From the NCBI GenBank assembly GCA_050175015.1, contig JBFXJJ010000013.1:11446-75445 (forward strand): a DNA stretch of 64,000 bases. The letters are read 5' to 3'. The position numbers and the translations under genes were made by a program. The notes below the pieces were generated by a model. The model ran no database searches. It saw only the letters and a list, made by a program, of their open reading frames with translations, and was not told the origin of the DNA. Positions 29,261 to 40,652 of this stretch are shown piece by piece; the stretch's first letter is position 1, and each line of letters starts with the position of its first letter. Origin of the DNA: Alphaproteobacteria bacterium (GTDB taxonomy: Bacteria > Pseudomonadota > Alphaproteobacteria > JBFXJJ01).

Positions 29261-29295
29261 AAAAAAGCCGTATAGAAAACTATACGGCTTTTTTT
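29261..29295. terminator. Bidirectional intrinsic terminator
   Basis: aaaaaagccgtatag-aaaa-ctatacggctttttt between convergent genes. Confidence 0.88.
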
Positions 29296-29307
29296 ATTTT
29301 ATGTGTT

Positions 29308-30129
29308 CTAGCTTTTAACTGTTTCGGAAGTTTGTTCCAATTCAGAGACTTGTTGTTCTAAAGCTTCAAACTTTTTCTTCTTTTTCATAAATACAATGAC
29401 ACTTACAGGTATGCTGCAAGAGTAAGCTAAAGCTAATAAGCTAATCGTAACCCAAGGCTGGCTTATAATGAAACCTGCAACGATAGTTGTAATAAGAAAT
29501 AGAGGTATTACTAGAAATACTGGTATTTTAAGCTTCTTAACTGAGAAGGTTGGAATTTGGCTTACCATAAGTCCACTACATACTATTAAAACAATTCCAA
29601 CAACAACGGGAGCTCTTAAAAACTCGAAACCTAAGTGGAAATAAAGCATAATTGGAGTTAAAGATAGAATCGCACCCGCAGGAGCAGGGACACCTACGAA
29701 GAATGACCCCCAATAAGGAGGAGGATTTTCATCTTCCAGCATAGTGTTGAATCTTGCGAGTCTTAAGGCGCAAGACATTGAGTAAAGAATACTGATGACC
29801 CAACCAGGATAAACACCGCCCCAAGGTGTCCAAAAATATAGTATAATAGCAGGGGCAACACCAAAGCTGAGGAAGTCACATAGTGAATCAAGCTCGGCTC
29901 CAAATTTTGAGGTTCCACGAAGCATTCTGGCTACTCTGCCGTCAAGACCATCAAGCACAGCAGCAATAAAAATAGCAATTACCGCAGCTTCCCAGCGACC
30001 TTGTGCCGCAAATCTTATAGATGTAATACCAGAAGCTAACGCAAATAAGGTTACCATATTAGGTATAATATGTTTAAAAGGCAGCTGTTTTAGACGAACA
30101 GGAACCTCTCGTGCAGATTTTCTAAGCAT
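29308..30129 (-). CDS. pssA: Phosphatidylserine synthase (CDP-alcohol phosphatidyltransferase)
   Basis: DGLDGRVAR…FGAELDSLCD, RLARFN; coupled to psd. Confidence 0.93.
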   Translation of the reverse strand: MLRKSAREVPVRLKQLPFKHIIPNMVTLFALASGITSIRFAAQGRWEAAVIAIFIAAVLDGLDGRVARMLRGTSKFGAELDSLCDFLSFGVAPAIILYFWTPWGGVYPGWVISILYSMSCALRLARFNTMLEDENPPPYWGSFFVGVPAPAGAILSLTPIMLYFHLGFEFLRAPVVVGIVLIVCSGLMVSQIPTFSVKKLKIPVFLVIPLFLITTIVAGFIISQPWVTISLLALAYSCSIPVSVIVFMKKKKKFEALEQQVSELEQTSETVKS

Positions 30130-30839
30130 TAAAGCACTTCTCCTTTAATTTCTGCCTGCTTGCCTTCCAAATTAGCTAAAATAGTTTCTCCAGCAATGGC
30201 AGTTTGACCAATGCAGACTTTTGGTTCAATTCCTTTAGGAAGATAGACATCTAGTCTGCTTCCAAAGCGAATTAGGCCAAATCTTTCACCAGCTTTCATT
30301 TCTTGCTCTTCCATAACTTCGCAAAGAATTCTTCTGGCAACAAGTCCTGCAATTTGAACAAAGGCAATTTTTTTACTGCCTTTTTTGGTTTCTAACAAAA
30401 GCAATTGTCTTTCGTTATCTTCGCTGGCTTTATCTAATGTTGCATTGAAGAATTTGCCAGGAACATAAACGGTTTTCATAATGGTTCCTGTTGCAGGAAC
30501 ACGGTTGACGTGAACGTTAAAGACACTCATAAAAATGCTGACTCTTTTAACAGGTTCATCACCCATTTCTAATTCTTTGGGGGGAGCTGTTTCTGTTATC
30601 ATTTGGACGATGCCATCAGCTGGACTTATAACAAGGTCTTCACCCTCAGGAGTTACTCTTTCAGGATCTCTAAAAAAGTAGAAACACCATATAGTGACAA
30701 CTAATCCCACTAAAGCTAACGGCTTAAATAAAATGCCTAAAAGGGCAGATACGGCTGCAAAAGATGCAATGAAGCGCCAGCCTTCAGAATGAATAGGGGG
30801 TAAAATATACTTACGCCAAGATATATCGTAAACAGACAC
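30129..30839 (-). CDS. psd: Phosphatidylserine decarboxylase proenzyme
   Basis: FFRDPER, SPADG, VHVNR, FGSRLD self-cleavage site. Confidence 0.95.
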   Translation of the reverse strand: MSVYDISWRKYILPPIHSEGWRFIASFAAVSALLGILFKPLALVGLVVTIWCFYFFRDPERVTPEGEDLVISPADGIVQMITETAPPKELEMGDEPVKRVSIFMSVFNVHVNRVPATGTIMKTVYVPGKFFNATLDKASEDNERQLLLLETKKGSKKIAFVQIAGLVARRILCEVMEEQEMKAGERFGLIRFGSRLDVYLPKGIEPKVCIGQTAIAGETILANLEGKQAEIKGEVL

Positions 30840-30952
30840 GTTGAACCTCCATAAGAAATATGTTGTAATTTTTTTTGTTATTGTTTTCCTAAAAAATATA
30901 CTCGTAAAAGTATTTTTGCAATCAAATTACTATTGGCTGTTAATAGTATTGC

Positions 30953-32329
30953 TTAAATCCCCAGCATAAGCTTAGCTATATTAAAATATATTATTAAACC
31001 AGAAATATCCACAATCGTTGTAATTGCAGGGCTTGCGACGACAGCAGGATCTTGTTTTAATTTAGATGCGATTAAAGGAAGCACGCAGCCTATTACTGTG
31101 GAGCTTATGACCTGAAGAACAACAGCGATGGCAATTACGGCGCCAATCATCAGCAGGCTGGTATTTCCTGTATCGGTGCCTTGCGATAAGAAAATAACCT
31201 TAGCAAAAGCAACCGCACCTAAAGTGAAACCAAGCAATATTGATATTTTGAGTTCTTTGAAAATAATTTTAGGAAGATCTTTAAAAGATATTTCGCCCAT
31301 TGCAAGAGCTCTAATTACAAGAGTGGCCGACTGACTTCCTGTGTTTCCTCCAGTATCGGCAATCATAGGCATATAAAGGGCTAAAATCATCATAGAAAAT
31401 AAAGTCCCTTCAAAAAGATGAATGATAGCCCCCGAAACAAATCCTAGGAAAGCTAAGATAAAAACCCAAGTTCCTCTATTTCTGAAATGAGTAAAAACAG
31501 GAGTGTTTAGGTAGCCAAACTCTTCGTTATGGTTAACAATAGCCATAAATTTTTCTAAATCTTCGGTGTGTTCTTCATGAATAATATCGATAGCATCATC
31601 GTAAGTAACAATTCCAACCAAGGCTTCATTAGCATCAACAACAGGCAGCGCCAAAAGTCCATATTTAGCAATTTTTTTAGAGGCTTCTTCTTGGTCGTCT
31701 GTAACATAAACAGTAATAACCTCCGTTTGCATAATATCTTTAACATATTGGTTAGGTTTGGCGACAATTAAGTCTTTTAAAGACACAAATCCTTCAATTT
31801 TGCGTTGTTTATCAACAACATAGGAAACATAAATGGTTTCTTTATCGGGAGCTTCTCTTTGCAGTTTAGCAATAGCTTCGCTGGCCGTAAGATATTGAGA
31901 TAAGGTTACATATTCGGAAGTCATAACTGAACCGCAGGTTTCTTCAGTGTATGAAGAAAGCCTTCTAATATCCTCTCTTTCAGCATGGGCAAGAGCAGGC
32001 ATTAAGGCTTCACGATATTCATCGGGAATTTTTTTGATAAGGTCAACTCTATCATCTGAAGACATTTCAGCAATAAGGCCAGCTAAAAATTTACGGTCAA
32101 AGGTTTCTGCTAGTTTTATCTGGTAAGAAACATCAAAGTTACAAAAGACGCTTGCGCTTTCTTCTGTTCCCAAAAGTTTTAAAAGTCCAATTGATTGGCT
32201 TTCATCTAAATCCAGCATAGCGTCAGCAATAACAGCAGGGTGATATTCTGCACAATACTCTCTTAGTCCTTTGCCATCTTTAGCATTTAAAAAAGATATT
32301 AAAATTTCTGATGGAATATTTTCTTGCAT
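30953..32329 (-). CDS. mgtE: Magnesium transporter MgtE
   Basis: MgtE_N plus CBS pair; ADTGGNTGSQ, DPAVVASPAITTIVD. Confidence 0.95.
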   Translation of the reverse strand: MQENIPSEILISFLNAKDGKGLREYCAEYHPAVIADAMLDLDESQSIGLLKLLGTEESASVFCNFDVSYQIKLAETFDRKFLAGLIAEMSSDDRVDLIKKIPDEYREALMPALAHAEREDIRRLSSYTEETCGSVMTSEYVTLSQYLTASEAIAKLQREAPDKETIYVSYVVDKQRKIEGFVSLKDLIVAKPNQYVKDIMQTEVITVYVTDDQEEASKKIAKYGLLALPVVDANEALVGIVTYDDAIDIIHEEHTEDLEKFMAIVNHNEEFGYLNTPVFTHFRNRGTWVFILAFLGFVSGAIIHLFEGTLFSMMILALYMPMIADTGGNTGSQSATLVIRALAMGEISFKDLPKIIFKELKISILLGFTLGAVAFAKVIFLSQGTDTGNTSLLMIGAVIAIAVVLQVISSTVIGCVLPLIASKLKQDPAVVASPAITTIVDISGLIIYFNIAKLMLGI

Positions 32330-32438
32330 TTTTCCCCTCCCTAAGAAAATGAATAGCCCTGATTGAGACGTTTTTAATCCGAAATATAGGAAAAAAACAA
32401 ATGTTTTTTTAGTTTTATGATATTTTGCTAAGAACTAT

Positions 32439-33716
32439 TTAACAGATATAAACAGCTCTGAAGTCATTAACATTGGTTAAGGTTGGATTTGTTATAATTA
32501 AATCATTAGTATTTTTAAAAAAGCTATAAGAATCATTGTTTATAATGCTTGATGAAAAAAAGCTATAATTATCTAATGCTTTTTTTGATGTTTCTGGTGT
32601 CCATAAGGCTCCAGCATTGTTCTCAGAGCCATCAATTCCATCGGTATCACAGGCAATAGCATAGAAAGAGTTTACCATTTCGGGATATTTTATAATCTGA
32701 TTTCCAAGTGAGATTAAAAATTCGGAATTGCGTCCGCCTCTGCCGCTGCCTGTTAAGGTAACACTGGTTTCACCGCCAGAGATAATTACGCAGGGAGGTT
32801 TTATTGGGTTATAATTAAATTTTATAGATAGAGCTATTCCCGCAATTACTTTAGCAACATCTTTTGACTCTCCCTCAATATAGTCACCCAAATTTATAAC
32901 CGTAAGGTTCTGTTCTTCCGCAATTTTGGCGGCGCTGGCAAGTGAGGCAAAAGGAGAAGCTATAATTTGATTCTTAACGGTTTTAAAACAAATGTTATCA
33001 GCTTTAGGGGTTTCTAATTTCCCATCTTTTAGCTGTTGGCGAATAGTATTGTTGATCTTGATATCAAACTTATCGATAATTTTTAAGGCATCATCGCAGG
33101 TTGTAGTATCAGGGACAGTAGGTCCAGAAGCAATTACGGATAAGTCATTGCCAGTAACATCGGAAATAAATAAATTAAGCATAGGAGCTTTGCAAAAAGC
33201 AGCTAGATGACCACCTTTTATCGCGGATAAATGTTTGCGGACACAGTTCATTGATGCAATATCGGCACCGCTTTTTAAAAGTTCTTTGGTTATATTTCTT
33301 TTTTCATCAAAAGATATGCCATCGCTTGGCAATGCGAGCAGAGCTGAGCCCCCACCAGAAAAAAGACCAATTATTAAATCGTTGGGATTAGCATTTTTTA
33401 CGATTTTTAAAATCTGCCGAGCAGCTTCTTGACCGTTATCATCAGGGACGGGGTGCGATGCTTCAATTATGTTGATATTTTTACAGTCGGTTTTATGTCC
33501 ATAGCGTGTAATTACCACCCCAGAAAGAGGAATGTCTTTATAATAATTTTCGACAGCTTTTGCCATTGCTGCCGAAGCTTTTCCTGCTCCAATGACATAA
33601 ATATTATCAGCCTTTAGGTTCTGAGGCAGATATTGAGGAATTTTTTTAAAAGGATCAGCTTCAGAGACCGCAGCAAAAAACATTTTTGTTAAAAGATTTT
33701 CTGGCGTTAGGTTCAT
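32439..33716 (-). CDS. Glycerate 2-kinase (TtuD/MOFRL family)
   Basis: GAGKAS, SGGGSAL, RKHLSAIKGG, SGGET, GGRN, DTDGIDG, TLTNVND. Confidence 0.92.
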   Translation of the reverse strand: MNLTPENLLTKMFFAAVSEADPFKKIPQYLPQNLKADNIYVIGAGKASAAMAKAVENYYKDIPLSGVVITRYGHKTDCKNINIIEASHPVPDDNGQEAARQILKIVKNANPNDLIIGLFSGGGSALLALPSDGISFDEKRNITKELLKSGADIASMNCVRKHLSAIKGGHLAAFCKAPMLNLFISDVTGNDLSVIASGPTVPDTTTCDDALKIIDKFDIKINNTIRQQLKDGKLETPKADNICFKTVKNQIIASPFASLASAAKIAEEQNLTVINLGDYIEGESKDVAKVIAGIALSIKFNYNPIKPPCVIISGGETSVTLTGSGRGGRNSEFLISLGNQIIKYPEMVNSFYAIACDTDGIDGSENNAGALWTPETSKKALDNYSFFSSSIINNDSYSFFKNTNDLIITNPTLTNVNDFRAVYIC

Positions 33717-33749
33717 CTTCGGCTAATCCTTTTTAGATTGAATAATATT

Positions 33750-35702
33750 TTAGGTCGCTCTAATTTTTTGGATAAAACCATTAACTTCCAGTTTTAATTG
33801 AGAGGCCTTGCTTTCGAGTTCTTCTGAAGATGATAACACTTGGTTGGCAGCTACGCCAGCTTGTTGTGCTGCCGCTGTTACGTTTACAATATTATTTGAA
33901 ACTTCAGTAGTTCCATTAGAGGCTTCTTCAACGTTTCTTGATATTTCTTGGGTTGCAGCTTCTTGCTCTTCTATTGATGAAGCTATTGTTGTTGATATTT
34001 CATCAATTTTATTAATAACATTGCCGATTTTTTCAATAGCGATTACCGCAAGGTTCGTTTTGCTTTGAACATCGGTAATTTGATTGGCAATATCATCAGT
34101 TGCTTTCGCTGTTTGACTGGCAAGCGACTTAACTTCGCCAGCAACAACGGCAAATCCTTTGCCGGCATCACCAGCACGAGCGGCTTCAATCGTGGCATTA
34201 AGGGCAAGGAGATTGGTTTGACTTGCAATATCAGTAATAAGAGATACAACCTCATTAATTTTACTAGCGGCTTGAGCCAAGCTTCCTATGACTTGATTAG
34301 TCTCATTAACTTCAGATACAGCTTGCCTTGCGATATGAGATTCTTCTCCTACCTGCCTTGCAATTTCGGCAATGGAGTAAGAAAGTTCTTCAGTCGCAGA
34401 GGCAACGGTTTGAACGTTAATTGATGCTTGTTCTGACGCTGAAGCTACGGTCGTGGCTTTTTCAGAAGTTTCTTGGGATATATGAGACATGCTTTTGGCT
34501 GTTTTATTAAGTTCGCTGGCAGAAGAACTGACGGCATCGACAATAGCCATTGCTTTAGATTCAAAGTCTTTAATAATTCCCTCAAGTGAAAAAAGACGTT
34601 CTTCTTGTTTGCGGCTTTCAACCTGTCTGTTCTGCTCTAATTCTTTAGTCTTAATAGCATTTTTCCTAAAGATTTCAATAACACGAGCCATATCTCCAAT
34701 CTCTCCCGTTTTATCGAGATGCTTAATTTCAGCCTTGAGATTGTCGTTAGAAATTTGTTCCATTGATTTGTTTAAGCTAAGAAGAGGTCCAGAAATGCTT
34801 TTGGTTGCCCAAGTAACAAGAGGTACCAGCAGTAAGAGCAGCAATAATACAGCTCCAAGAGATTTTAAAAAGGCGGTTTTTCTTTCTGCTTCTAATGCAT
34901 TTCTAGCATATTTGGTTACGATAACAGCGTGATATTCTCCATTTTCGTCAGCTAGTGGAGTGTAAACCATATTGAAATTGTTGGTGCCAACTTTTTCTAT
35001 CATATTAACGGTTTCGCCTCTAGCTAACTTTGCTTTTACTTCATTAGAAAGCTTGAAGTCAGTAAATCCTTTCATAGATCCAGCCATAAAAGTATCATCA
35101 ACCATTAGGCTTATATCAGCATTGCTATTTTGGGATATATAGTTTACCAGTTCTTCAGAGATATATGCCCCAATTTTTAATGTTCCAACTATTTTGTCCT
35201 TATAATGCAAAGGGGCAACGGTATCAAAAGCTGTTTTTTTGGAAGTTGGAGAGACTGTCAAGGCGCTGGTTGTTTGGTTATTTAGAGCGTTTACTACCAT
35301 TTTATGCTTTGACTTGTCATCGCCCTTAACTGAGGGATTATGTCCTCTTATAAGAATAATTCCTTTGTCATTGGTAATTTCCATAGATCGAACCACAGGA
35401 TCTAATGAGCTTATTTTTTTATATTCATCTTTGATGAGTTTTTCATAAGTTGAAGCATCATCTAAAGCAACCGCTTCTGCAATGTCTTCTCTACGAGAAA
35501 GCATATCAGTATAAACGGCAATTCGATTTTCGGCCTGTACTAAAAAATTGTCTCCAGATGCAGCATTTTGAGATGCTATGGTAGTATAATTGTTATCTGT
35601 TGCATTAATTAAAACCCATAAATCAGTTACTAATTGTGATATAGAAGACAATATAAAAGGCATTAAGGCAACGAAATACATTTTGGAACGAATAGTGTTC
35701 AT
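33750..35702 (-). CDS. Methyl-accepting chemotaxis protein with Cache-type sensor
   Basis: Two TM segments, [34 protein letters not shown] signalling tip. Confidence 0.95.
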   Translation of the reverse strand: MNTIRSKMYFVALMPFILSSISQLVTDLWVLINATDNNYTTIASQNAASGDNFLVQAENRIAVYTDMLSRREDIAEAVALDDASTYEKLIKDEYKKISSLDPVVRSMEITNDKGIILIRGHNPSVKGDDKSKHKMVVNALNNQTTSALTVSPTSKKTAFDTVAPLHYKDKIVGTLKIGAYISEELVNYISQNSNADISLMVDDTFMAGSMKGFTDFKLSNEVKAKLARGETVNMIEKVGTNNFNMVYTPLADENGEYHAVIVTKYARNALEAERKTAFLKSLGAVLLLLLLLVPLVTWATKSISGPLLSLNKSMEQISNDNLKAEIKHLDKTGEIGDMARVIEIFRKNAIKTKELEQNRQVESRKQEERLFSLEGIIKDFESKAMAIVDAVSSSASELNKTAKSMSHISQETSEKATTVASASEQASINVQTVASATEELSYSIAEIARQVGEESHIARQAVSEVNETNQVIGSLAQAASKINEVVSLITDIASQTNLLALNATIEAARAGDAGKGFAVVAGEVKSLASQTAKATDDIANQITDVQSKTNLAVIAIEKIGNVINKIDEISTTIASSIEEQEAATQEISRNVEEASNGTTEVSNNIVNVTAAAQQAGVAANQVLSSSEELESKASQLKLEVNGFIQKIRAT

Positions 35703-35872
35703 GTCGCAATATTTCCTAAAAAATAATAATTTTATATTAAGTAATTTATAGTGATGTTTTCTTATTTAGATATTTATATTAATAAATTTCACAAATTAAA
35801 AATATTTTATTGTATTATTTTTGTAACAAACAATTGGAATCATTGTTTTTTGGTTGTTTGAAAACAAAAAAT

Positions 35873-35924
35873 CTTCCTTAAAGAATAAGGAAGCTTTTTG
35901 ATTTGTTTAAAATATATTACATTT
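35873..35924. repeat. 52-bp direct repeat, copy A (left of methyltransferase)
   Basis: cttccttaaagaataaggaagctttttgatttgtttaaaatatattacattt; 51/52 identical to 36830-36881. Confidence 0.92.
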
Positions 35925-35959
35925 ATTTAGGCTGTTTAAAGAAAAATTGAGAATGGAAT

Positions 35960-36805
35960 ATGAAAGCAATGTTTAAAGAACTAGAAGATATTAATAATAA
36001 GCCTAAAGTTTTTGAATTTTATACTACTCAAGATTTATGGAATGATGAATATACCTCAAAGCAGATGATGAAATTTCATCTTAACCAAGATGTTGATGCG
36101 GCTTCTCGCAATCATAGTTTTATTGATAAGTCTGTTGCTTGGATTATAGATGAATTTAAAATAAGTAACCAAAGTAGTATTGCCGATTTTGGTTGTGGTC
36201 CAGGTTTATATACATCTCGGTTGGCAAAAACGGGGGCAGCGGTTACAGGAATCGATTTTTCTAGGAATTCTTTACAATATGCTAGAGATGTTGCCCAAAA
36301 GAATAATATTAATATTAATTACGTTAATCAAAATTATTTAGACTTTAAAACCAAAGATAAATTTGACTTAATAATAATGATTATGTGTGATTTTTGTGTT
36401 CTAAGTCCTAACCAAAGAAAACAAATTCTAACAAAATTTTATAATTTGCTAAAGTCAGGAGGAGCTGTTTTGCTGGATGTTTATTCTCTTTGTGCTTTTG
36501 CAAGAAGAGAAGAGCAGAGCATTTATGAGATCAATTTACTAAATGGTTTTTGGTCCCCTAATAAGTATTATGGCTTTTTGAATGTCTTTAAATATGAACA
36601 GGAAAAAGTTATTTTAGATAAATATACTATTGTTGAAGAAGGCAAGATAAAAAATATTTATAACTGGCTTCAATATTTTGATTTTAATGGTTTAAAGCGT
36701 GAGTTTGAAAGTTACGGTTTCGAAGTTACGGCTAAATATGGGGACGTTGCAGGTTCATCATTTGTTGAAAATGCTGAAGAGTTTGCTATTGTTGCCCTTA
36801 AATAA
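35960..36805 (+). CDS. Class I SAM-dependent methyltransferase
   Basis: IADFGCGPG motif I, GIDFS, FDLI, LKSGGAVLLD. Confidence 0.9.
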   Translation: MKAMFKELEDINNKPKVFEFYTTQDLWNDEYTSKQMMKFHLNQDVDAASRNHSFIDKSVAWIIDEFKISNQSSIADFGCGPGLYTSRLAKTGAAVTGIDFSRNSLQYARDVAQKNNININYVNQNYLDFKTKDKFDLIIMIMCDFCVLSPNQRKQILTKFYNLLKSGGAVLLDVYSLCAFARREEQSIYEINLLNGFWSPNKYYGFLNVFKYEQEKVILDKYTIVEEGKIKNIYNWLQYFDFNGLKREFESYGFEVTAKYGDVAGSSFVENAEEFAIVALK

Positions 36806-36818
36806 AAATATTTATCAA

Positions 36819-36861
36819 AAATCAAAAAGCTTCCTTAAAGAATAAGGAAGCTTTTTGATTT
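36819..36861. terminator. Bidirectional terminator, 19-bp perfect stem
   Basis: aaatcaaaaagcttcctta-aagaa-taaggaagctttttgattt between the convergent methyltransferase and STAS genes. Confidence 0.88.
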
Positions 36862-36881
36862 GTTTAGAATATATTACATTT
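36830..36881. repeat. 52-bp direct repeat, copy B (right of methyltransferase)
   Basis: cttccttaaagaataaggaagctttttgatttgtttagaatatattacattt; ends at the STAS stop codon. Confidence 0.92.
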
Positions 36882-37183
36882 TACTCAACGATAAGAACTT
36901 CATTAAGTTTAGTCGCTTCGATAATGTTTTTAACCTTATTTTTAGCTCCCTTTATAATCAAATTCATATTGTTCTTCTGGGCGGTGTCGTTAAGAATTAA
37001 AAACATTCCAAGACCAGCTGAATCTACGAAGTCAACACTAGCAAGATTAACAATACATTCTTTTGTTTTGTTATCATTGATAAAAGAAGTTGCTTCAAAA
37101 AAGTCATCATGATCACGATAAGTAATTTGTCCTGAGATTACGACTTCTCCACTATAACCTGTGCGATTAACTTTATATTCCAT
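36881..37183 (-). CDS. STAS-domain protein (anti-sigma factor antagonist-like)
   Basis: VNLASVDFVDSAGLGM with phosphorylatable Ser; directly downstream of an MCP. Confidence 0.9.
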   Translation of the reverse strand: MEYKVNRTGYSGEVVISGQITYRDHDDFFEATSFINDNKTKECIVNLASVDFVDSAGLGMFLILNDTAQKNNMNLIIKGAKNKVKNIIEATKLNEVLIVE

Positions 37184-37205
37184 GATTTGTTTTACCTTTC
37201 AAAAA

Positions 37206-39263
37206 TTAAACTTTCATTAGTTCTGCTTTTTCTCGCAGATGAGCGATAAATCTGTCAACGTCTATTTGAAGTTTATCAGAAGAATCCGCAAGTCCTTGAG
37301 CGGCAGATAAAAGCTCTGCGGAAGCATTGCCAGCTCTTTTCGCTGCTTCGTTAACGGTTACAACATTTTGTGAAACTTCGTTAGTTCCAGCCGCAGCTTC
37401 TTGAGTGTTTCTTGAAATTTCCTGTGTTGCAGCACCTTGTTCTTCAACGGCGGCGGCAATAGCTGAGGTTATTTCATTAATACTTCCAATGGTTTCGGTG
37501 ATAGTTTTAATAGATTCGACTGATTGTTCTGTAGATTGCTGTACTTCATTAATTTGAGTTACAATCTCATCGGTAGCTTTTGCGGTTTGATTGGCAAGAG
37601 ATTTAACTTCACCAGCAACAACAGCAAAACCTTTACCAGCATCGCCAGCTCTGGCAGCTTCAATGGTAGCGTTAAGAGCAAGCAAATTGGTTTGATTGGC
37701 AATATCGGTAATTATACCTACAACATCACCAATTTTGTTAACGGCAGATGTCAGGCCGCCAACCATTTCATTTGCTTTTTTGGCTTCATGAACAGCATTT
37801 GCTGAAATTTCTGTAGCGTGAGAAACTTGAGCGCTAATTTCAGAAATGGAGGAAGAAAGCTCTTCAGTAGCAGATGCGACGGTTGAAACATTAGAAGAAG
37901 CTTCTTCGGTTGCCGCAGCAACGGTCGCCATTCTTGAAACGAGGTCATTAGAAATTTCGCCAAATTCTTCAGCGGTGTTTTTCATTTGAACAGCTGATGC
38001 TGATACCGTGTTTACAATACCTTTAATAGATGCTTCAAAGTTATCAGCAATATCAAGGAATGCAAGTCTTTGTTTTTCGGCATTTTCTTTCTCAATTTCT
38101 TTCTGTCTGTTTTCCATTTCTTTGGTTTTTATGGCATTTTCTTTAAATATTTCCATGGTCGCAGCCATTTGACCAATTTCGTCATGATGCTCGGTTGCTG
38201 GAATTTGAACTTGAAGGTTCCCATCAGCAAGCTCTTCCATAGCATTGGTCATAGCTTTGATTGGAGGCACAATGCTTAATGATATTGTATATGCCGCAAT
38301 TATTGCTAAAATGATAGCTATGATAACTTGAATTATAAGCTTTTGAATTTCTGAAGCTATACTTTGGGCACTTTCCTCAGATAGTTCAAGCGTTCTGTTA
38401 ATATATTCATTAGCTAAAACATTCGAAATATTAGCAATTTCGAGTCCTGATGCTGCCATTTTTTGAAGAATCTCAAAAGATTCTTTAGATAAATTATATT
38501 GAGTCGTAAAGGCTTCATTATATTTTTCAACATAATCAGCTAGCGTTTTTAAATTTTTAATAATGGTGCTCTTTACTGTCGTTTGGCTGTTTTGCATTAA
38601 GTTAATAACTGTTGCCAAATTGTTTTTATAAACTTCAACATTTTTGAAAACAGCTTCGGCATCTTTGTCTTCATAGCGACCTTGATAACGCAACATCGCA
38701 ACTCGTGCCATACTAAAGTGGTTTTGTCCCTCACTAATTATTGCAATAATTTTGCTGCTTTCATTCTGATTAATTAAATTAACTGTTTCATCTAGGAGAT
38801 TAGAACTATCTCTTCCTAAAACATCGGTTCCATTTTTAATAGTTTCTTCTCGTTGATTGCGAGATTCAATTAAAATTTTAAAGTATTCTTGATAACCAGA
38901 AAAATATTCTTGTGCTTTTTCAATTTTTTTCCGTCTCTCTGGACTTCTTATGTTTTCTAAAGTTTTTGTAAAATCAGCATTAATAGCGACAATTAAATCA
39001 GTAACTCTTTTTTTTGCAGTTTCTAAACCTTGATTCCAAATATAAAGAACGTTGAGCCTCATTTCTGTTATATTACGGTCAATGGTTATAATGTTTTGAG
39101 CGTTGTTAGAAACTGTTGCAAATTCTTTAAAGTTCTTATCAATGTTCTTCATTCCCAGCATAGCTTGGTAAGACATAAAGGCCAAAAGAATCACAACAAT
39201 CCCAAAGCCACTATAAACTCTGGTTCCGACCTTAAATTTCGATAGTTTTTGAATTATACTCAT
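37206..39263 (-). CDS. Methyl-accepting chemotaxis protein with large helical periplasmic sensor
   Basis: Two TM segments, HAMP (PPIKAMT…DEIGQMA), [20 protein letters not shown]. Confidence 0.95.
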   Translation of the reverse strand: MSIIQKLSKFKVGTRVYSGFGIVVILLAFMSYQAMLGMKNIDKNFKEFATVSNNAQNIITIDRNITEMRLNVLYIWNQGLETAKKRVTDLIVAINADFTKTLENIRSPERRKKIEKAQEYFSGYQEYFKILIESRNQREETIKNGTDVLGRDSSNLLDETVNLINQNESSKIIAIISEGQNHFSMARVAMLRYQGRYEDKDAEAVFKNVEVYKNNLATVINLMQNSQTTVKSTIIKNLKTLADYVEKYNEAFTTQYNLSKESFEILQKMAASGLEIANISNVLANEYINRTLELSEESAQSIASEIQKLIIQVIIAIILAIIAAYTISLSIVPPIKAMTNAMEELADGNLQVQIPATEHHDEIGQMAATMEIFKENAIKTKEMENRQKEIEKENAEKQRLAFLDIADNFEASIKGIVNTVSASAVQMKNTAEEFGEISNDLVSRMATVAAATEEASSNVSTVASATEELSSSISEISAQVSHATEISANAVHEAKKANEMVGGLTSAVNKIGDVVGIITDIANQTNLLALNATIEAARAGDAGKGFAVVAGEVKSLANQTAKATDEIVTQINEVQQSTEQSVESIKTITETIGSINEITSAIAAAVEEQGAATQEISRNTQEAAAGTNEVSQNVVTVNEAAKRAGNASAELLSAAQGLADSSDKLQIDVDRFIAHLREKAELMKV

Positions 39264-39406
39264 TTTTAATCCCCCTTTTTTTTACGTAAATAAGATGTTA
39301 TATGAAAAGTAAGGTTTTCGTAAATATGGCTAGTAGTTTTAAACAAAAGTAAACCTTAAGTTTTATTGACTTGTTTTAACTATCTGAATGTTAGGGATAT
39401 TTTTTT

Positions 39407-40549
39407 ATGTTGAAGTCTTTCTTTAATGTTGTCATGGAAGTTTGGCAACAAGGTTTTTTAGGAATAGATATTGGTCGTATTGTTGTATCTATAATAATAT
39501 TTTCATTGTTTTTTGCGCTTAGAAACAAAATAACCAATACTATTTTGTTTCATTCTGAAAGGGTTGTCAGAAAGATAGGTTCGGAAACGGCAGCGAAAAT
39601 ACTTGAAACCTTAAGAGCTCCTCTTCGTATGATACCTGTTATTTTAGGAACTTTTTTTGCGATAGATTATTTAAATCTTGATGATAACGGACTCAAAATT
39701 ATTGCTGATAGAACAGTTAGAACTCTTATTTCTTGTAATATCTTTTGGGCATTTTATGTATCGATAGCCCCAATTACCAAAATTTTTGATCCTTTAAAGA
39801 AGATTGTTACAGCAGAAGCGGTTGAATGGCTTATTAAAACAATTAAGTTTCTTGTAATCTTTTTTAATGTGGCAACAGTCTTGGAAATATGGGGTATTAA
39901 TGTTGGGGCTTTAATTGCAGGTATAGGTCTTTTTGGTATAGCAGGTGCGCTTGGTGCTCAGGATTTAGTTAAGAATTTAATATCAGGTATTTTAATTATT
40001 GCAGAAAAAAGGTTTCGCATTGGAGATTGGATTTTGGTTGATGGTGTTGTTGAGGGGACAGTTGAACAAATAGGTTTTCGCTCTACGTTAGTTAGAAGAT
40101 TCGACAAAGCTCCAGTTTTTGTTCCTAATGCTAGTTTAGCAGACACAGCTGTTACTAATTTTAGTGAAATGACATATCGCAGAATATTTTTTCATATAGG
40201 GTTAGTTTATAGCACAAAAATTGAGCAGTTACAGAACGTTAGAGATAGAATCGAAGACTATATAACTAAAAATTCAGACTTTGTTCCATCTAAAGATGCT
40301 CCATTGTTTGTCAGAATTGATCGTTTTAATGATTCTTCAATCGATATAATGCTTTACTGTTTTACTAAAACCAAAATTTGGGGAGATTGGCTTAAAATAA
40401 AGGAAGACTTAGCGTTAGAGATTAAAAAGATTGTAGAAGAAGAGAAAACATCTTTTGCTTTTCCAAGCCAGTCTGTTTATTTGGAAAATTTGCCAATCTT
40501 AGGAGAAAGACCTGAAATTTTTGTTCCACCAGCTAAAAAAAATAAATAA
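39407..40549 (+). CDS. MscS-family mechanosensitive channel
   Basis: GALIAGIG…LGAQD, FRIGDWI, GTVEQIGFRST, VPN, FAFPSQ. Confidence 0.93.
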   Translation: MLKSFFNVVMEVWQQGFLGIDIGRIVVSIIIFSLFFALRNKITNTILFHSERVVRKIGSETAAKILETLRAPLRMIPVILGTFFAIDYLNLDDNGLKIIADRTVRTLISCNIFWAFYVSIAPITKIFDPLKKIVTAEAVEWLIKTIKFLVIFFNVATVLEIWGINVGALIAGIGLFGIAGALGAQDLVKNLISGILIIAEKRFRIGDWILVDGVVEGTVEQIGFRSTLVRRFDKAPVFVPNASLADTAVTNFSEMTYRRIFFHIGLVYSTKIEQLQNVRDRIEDYITKNSDFVPSKDAPLFVRIDRFNDSSIDIMLYCFTKTKIWGDWLKIKEDLALEIKKIVEEEKTSFAFPSQSVYLENLPILGERPEIFVPPAKKNK

Positions 40550-40583
40550 TTCAAAATATTTTAAGTTAAAGGTATTTTGATAC

Positions 40584-40620
40584 AAAAAAACAGCGGTCAG
40601 AGACCGCTGTTTCTTTTTTT
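40584..40620. terminator. Bidirectional intrinsic terminator
   Basis: aaacagcggtc-aga-gaccgctgttt flanked by A and T runs between mscS and flagellin. Confidence 0.85.
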
Positions 40621-40652
40621 GAAGATGGAACAAATTATTCTTTTCATACTTG

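Noticed and set aside
32330-32438. M-box riboswitch upstream of mgtE
   Set aside because: The gap is only about 110 bp, AT-rich, with no recognisable M-box core
35873-36881. Integron attC sites around the methyltransferase
   Set aside because: I could not find properly placed RYYYAAC/GTTRRRY boxes, and there is no intI in the window; kept only as a direct repeat
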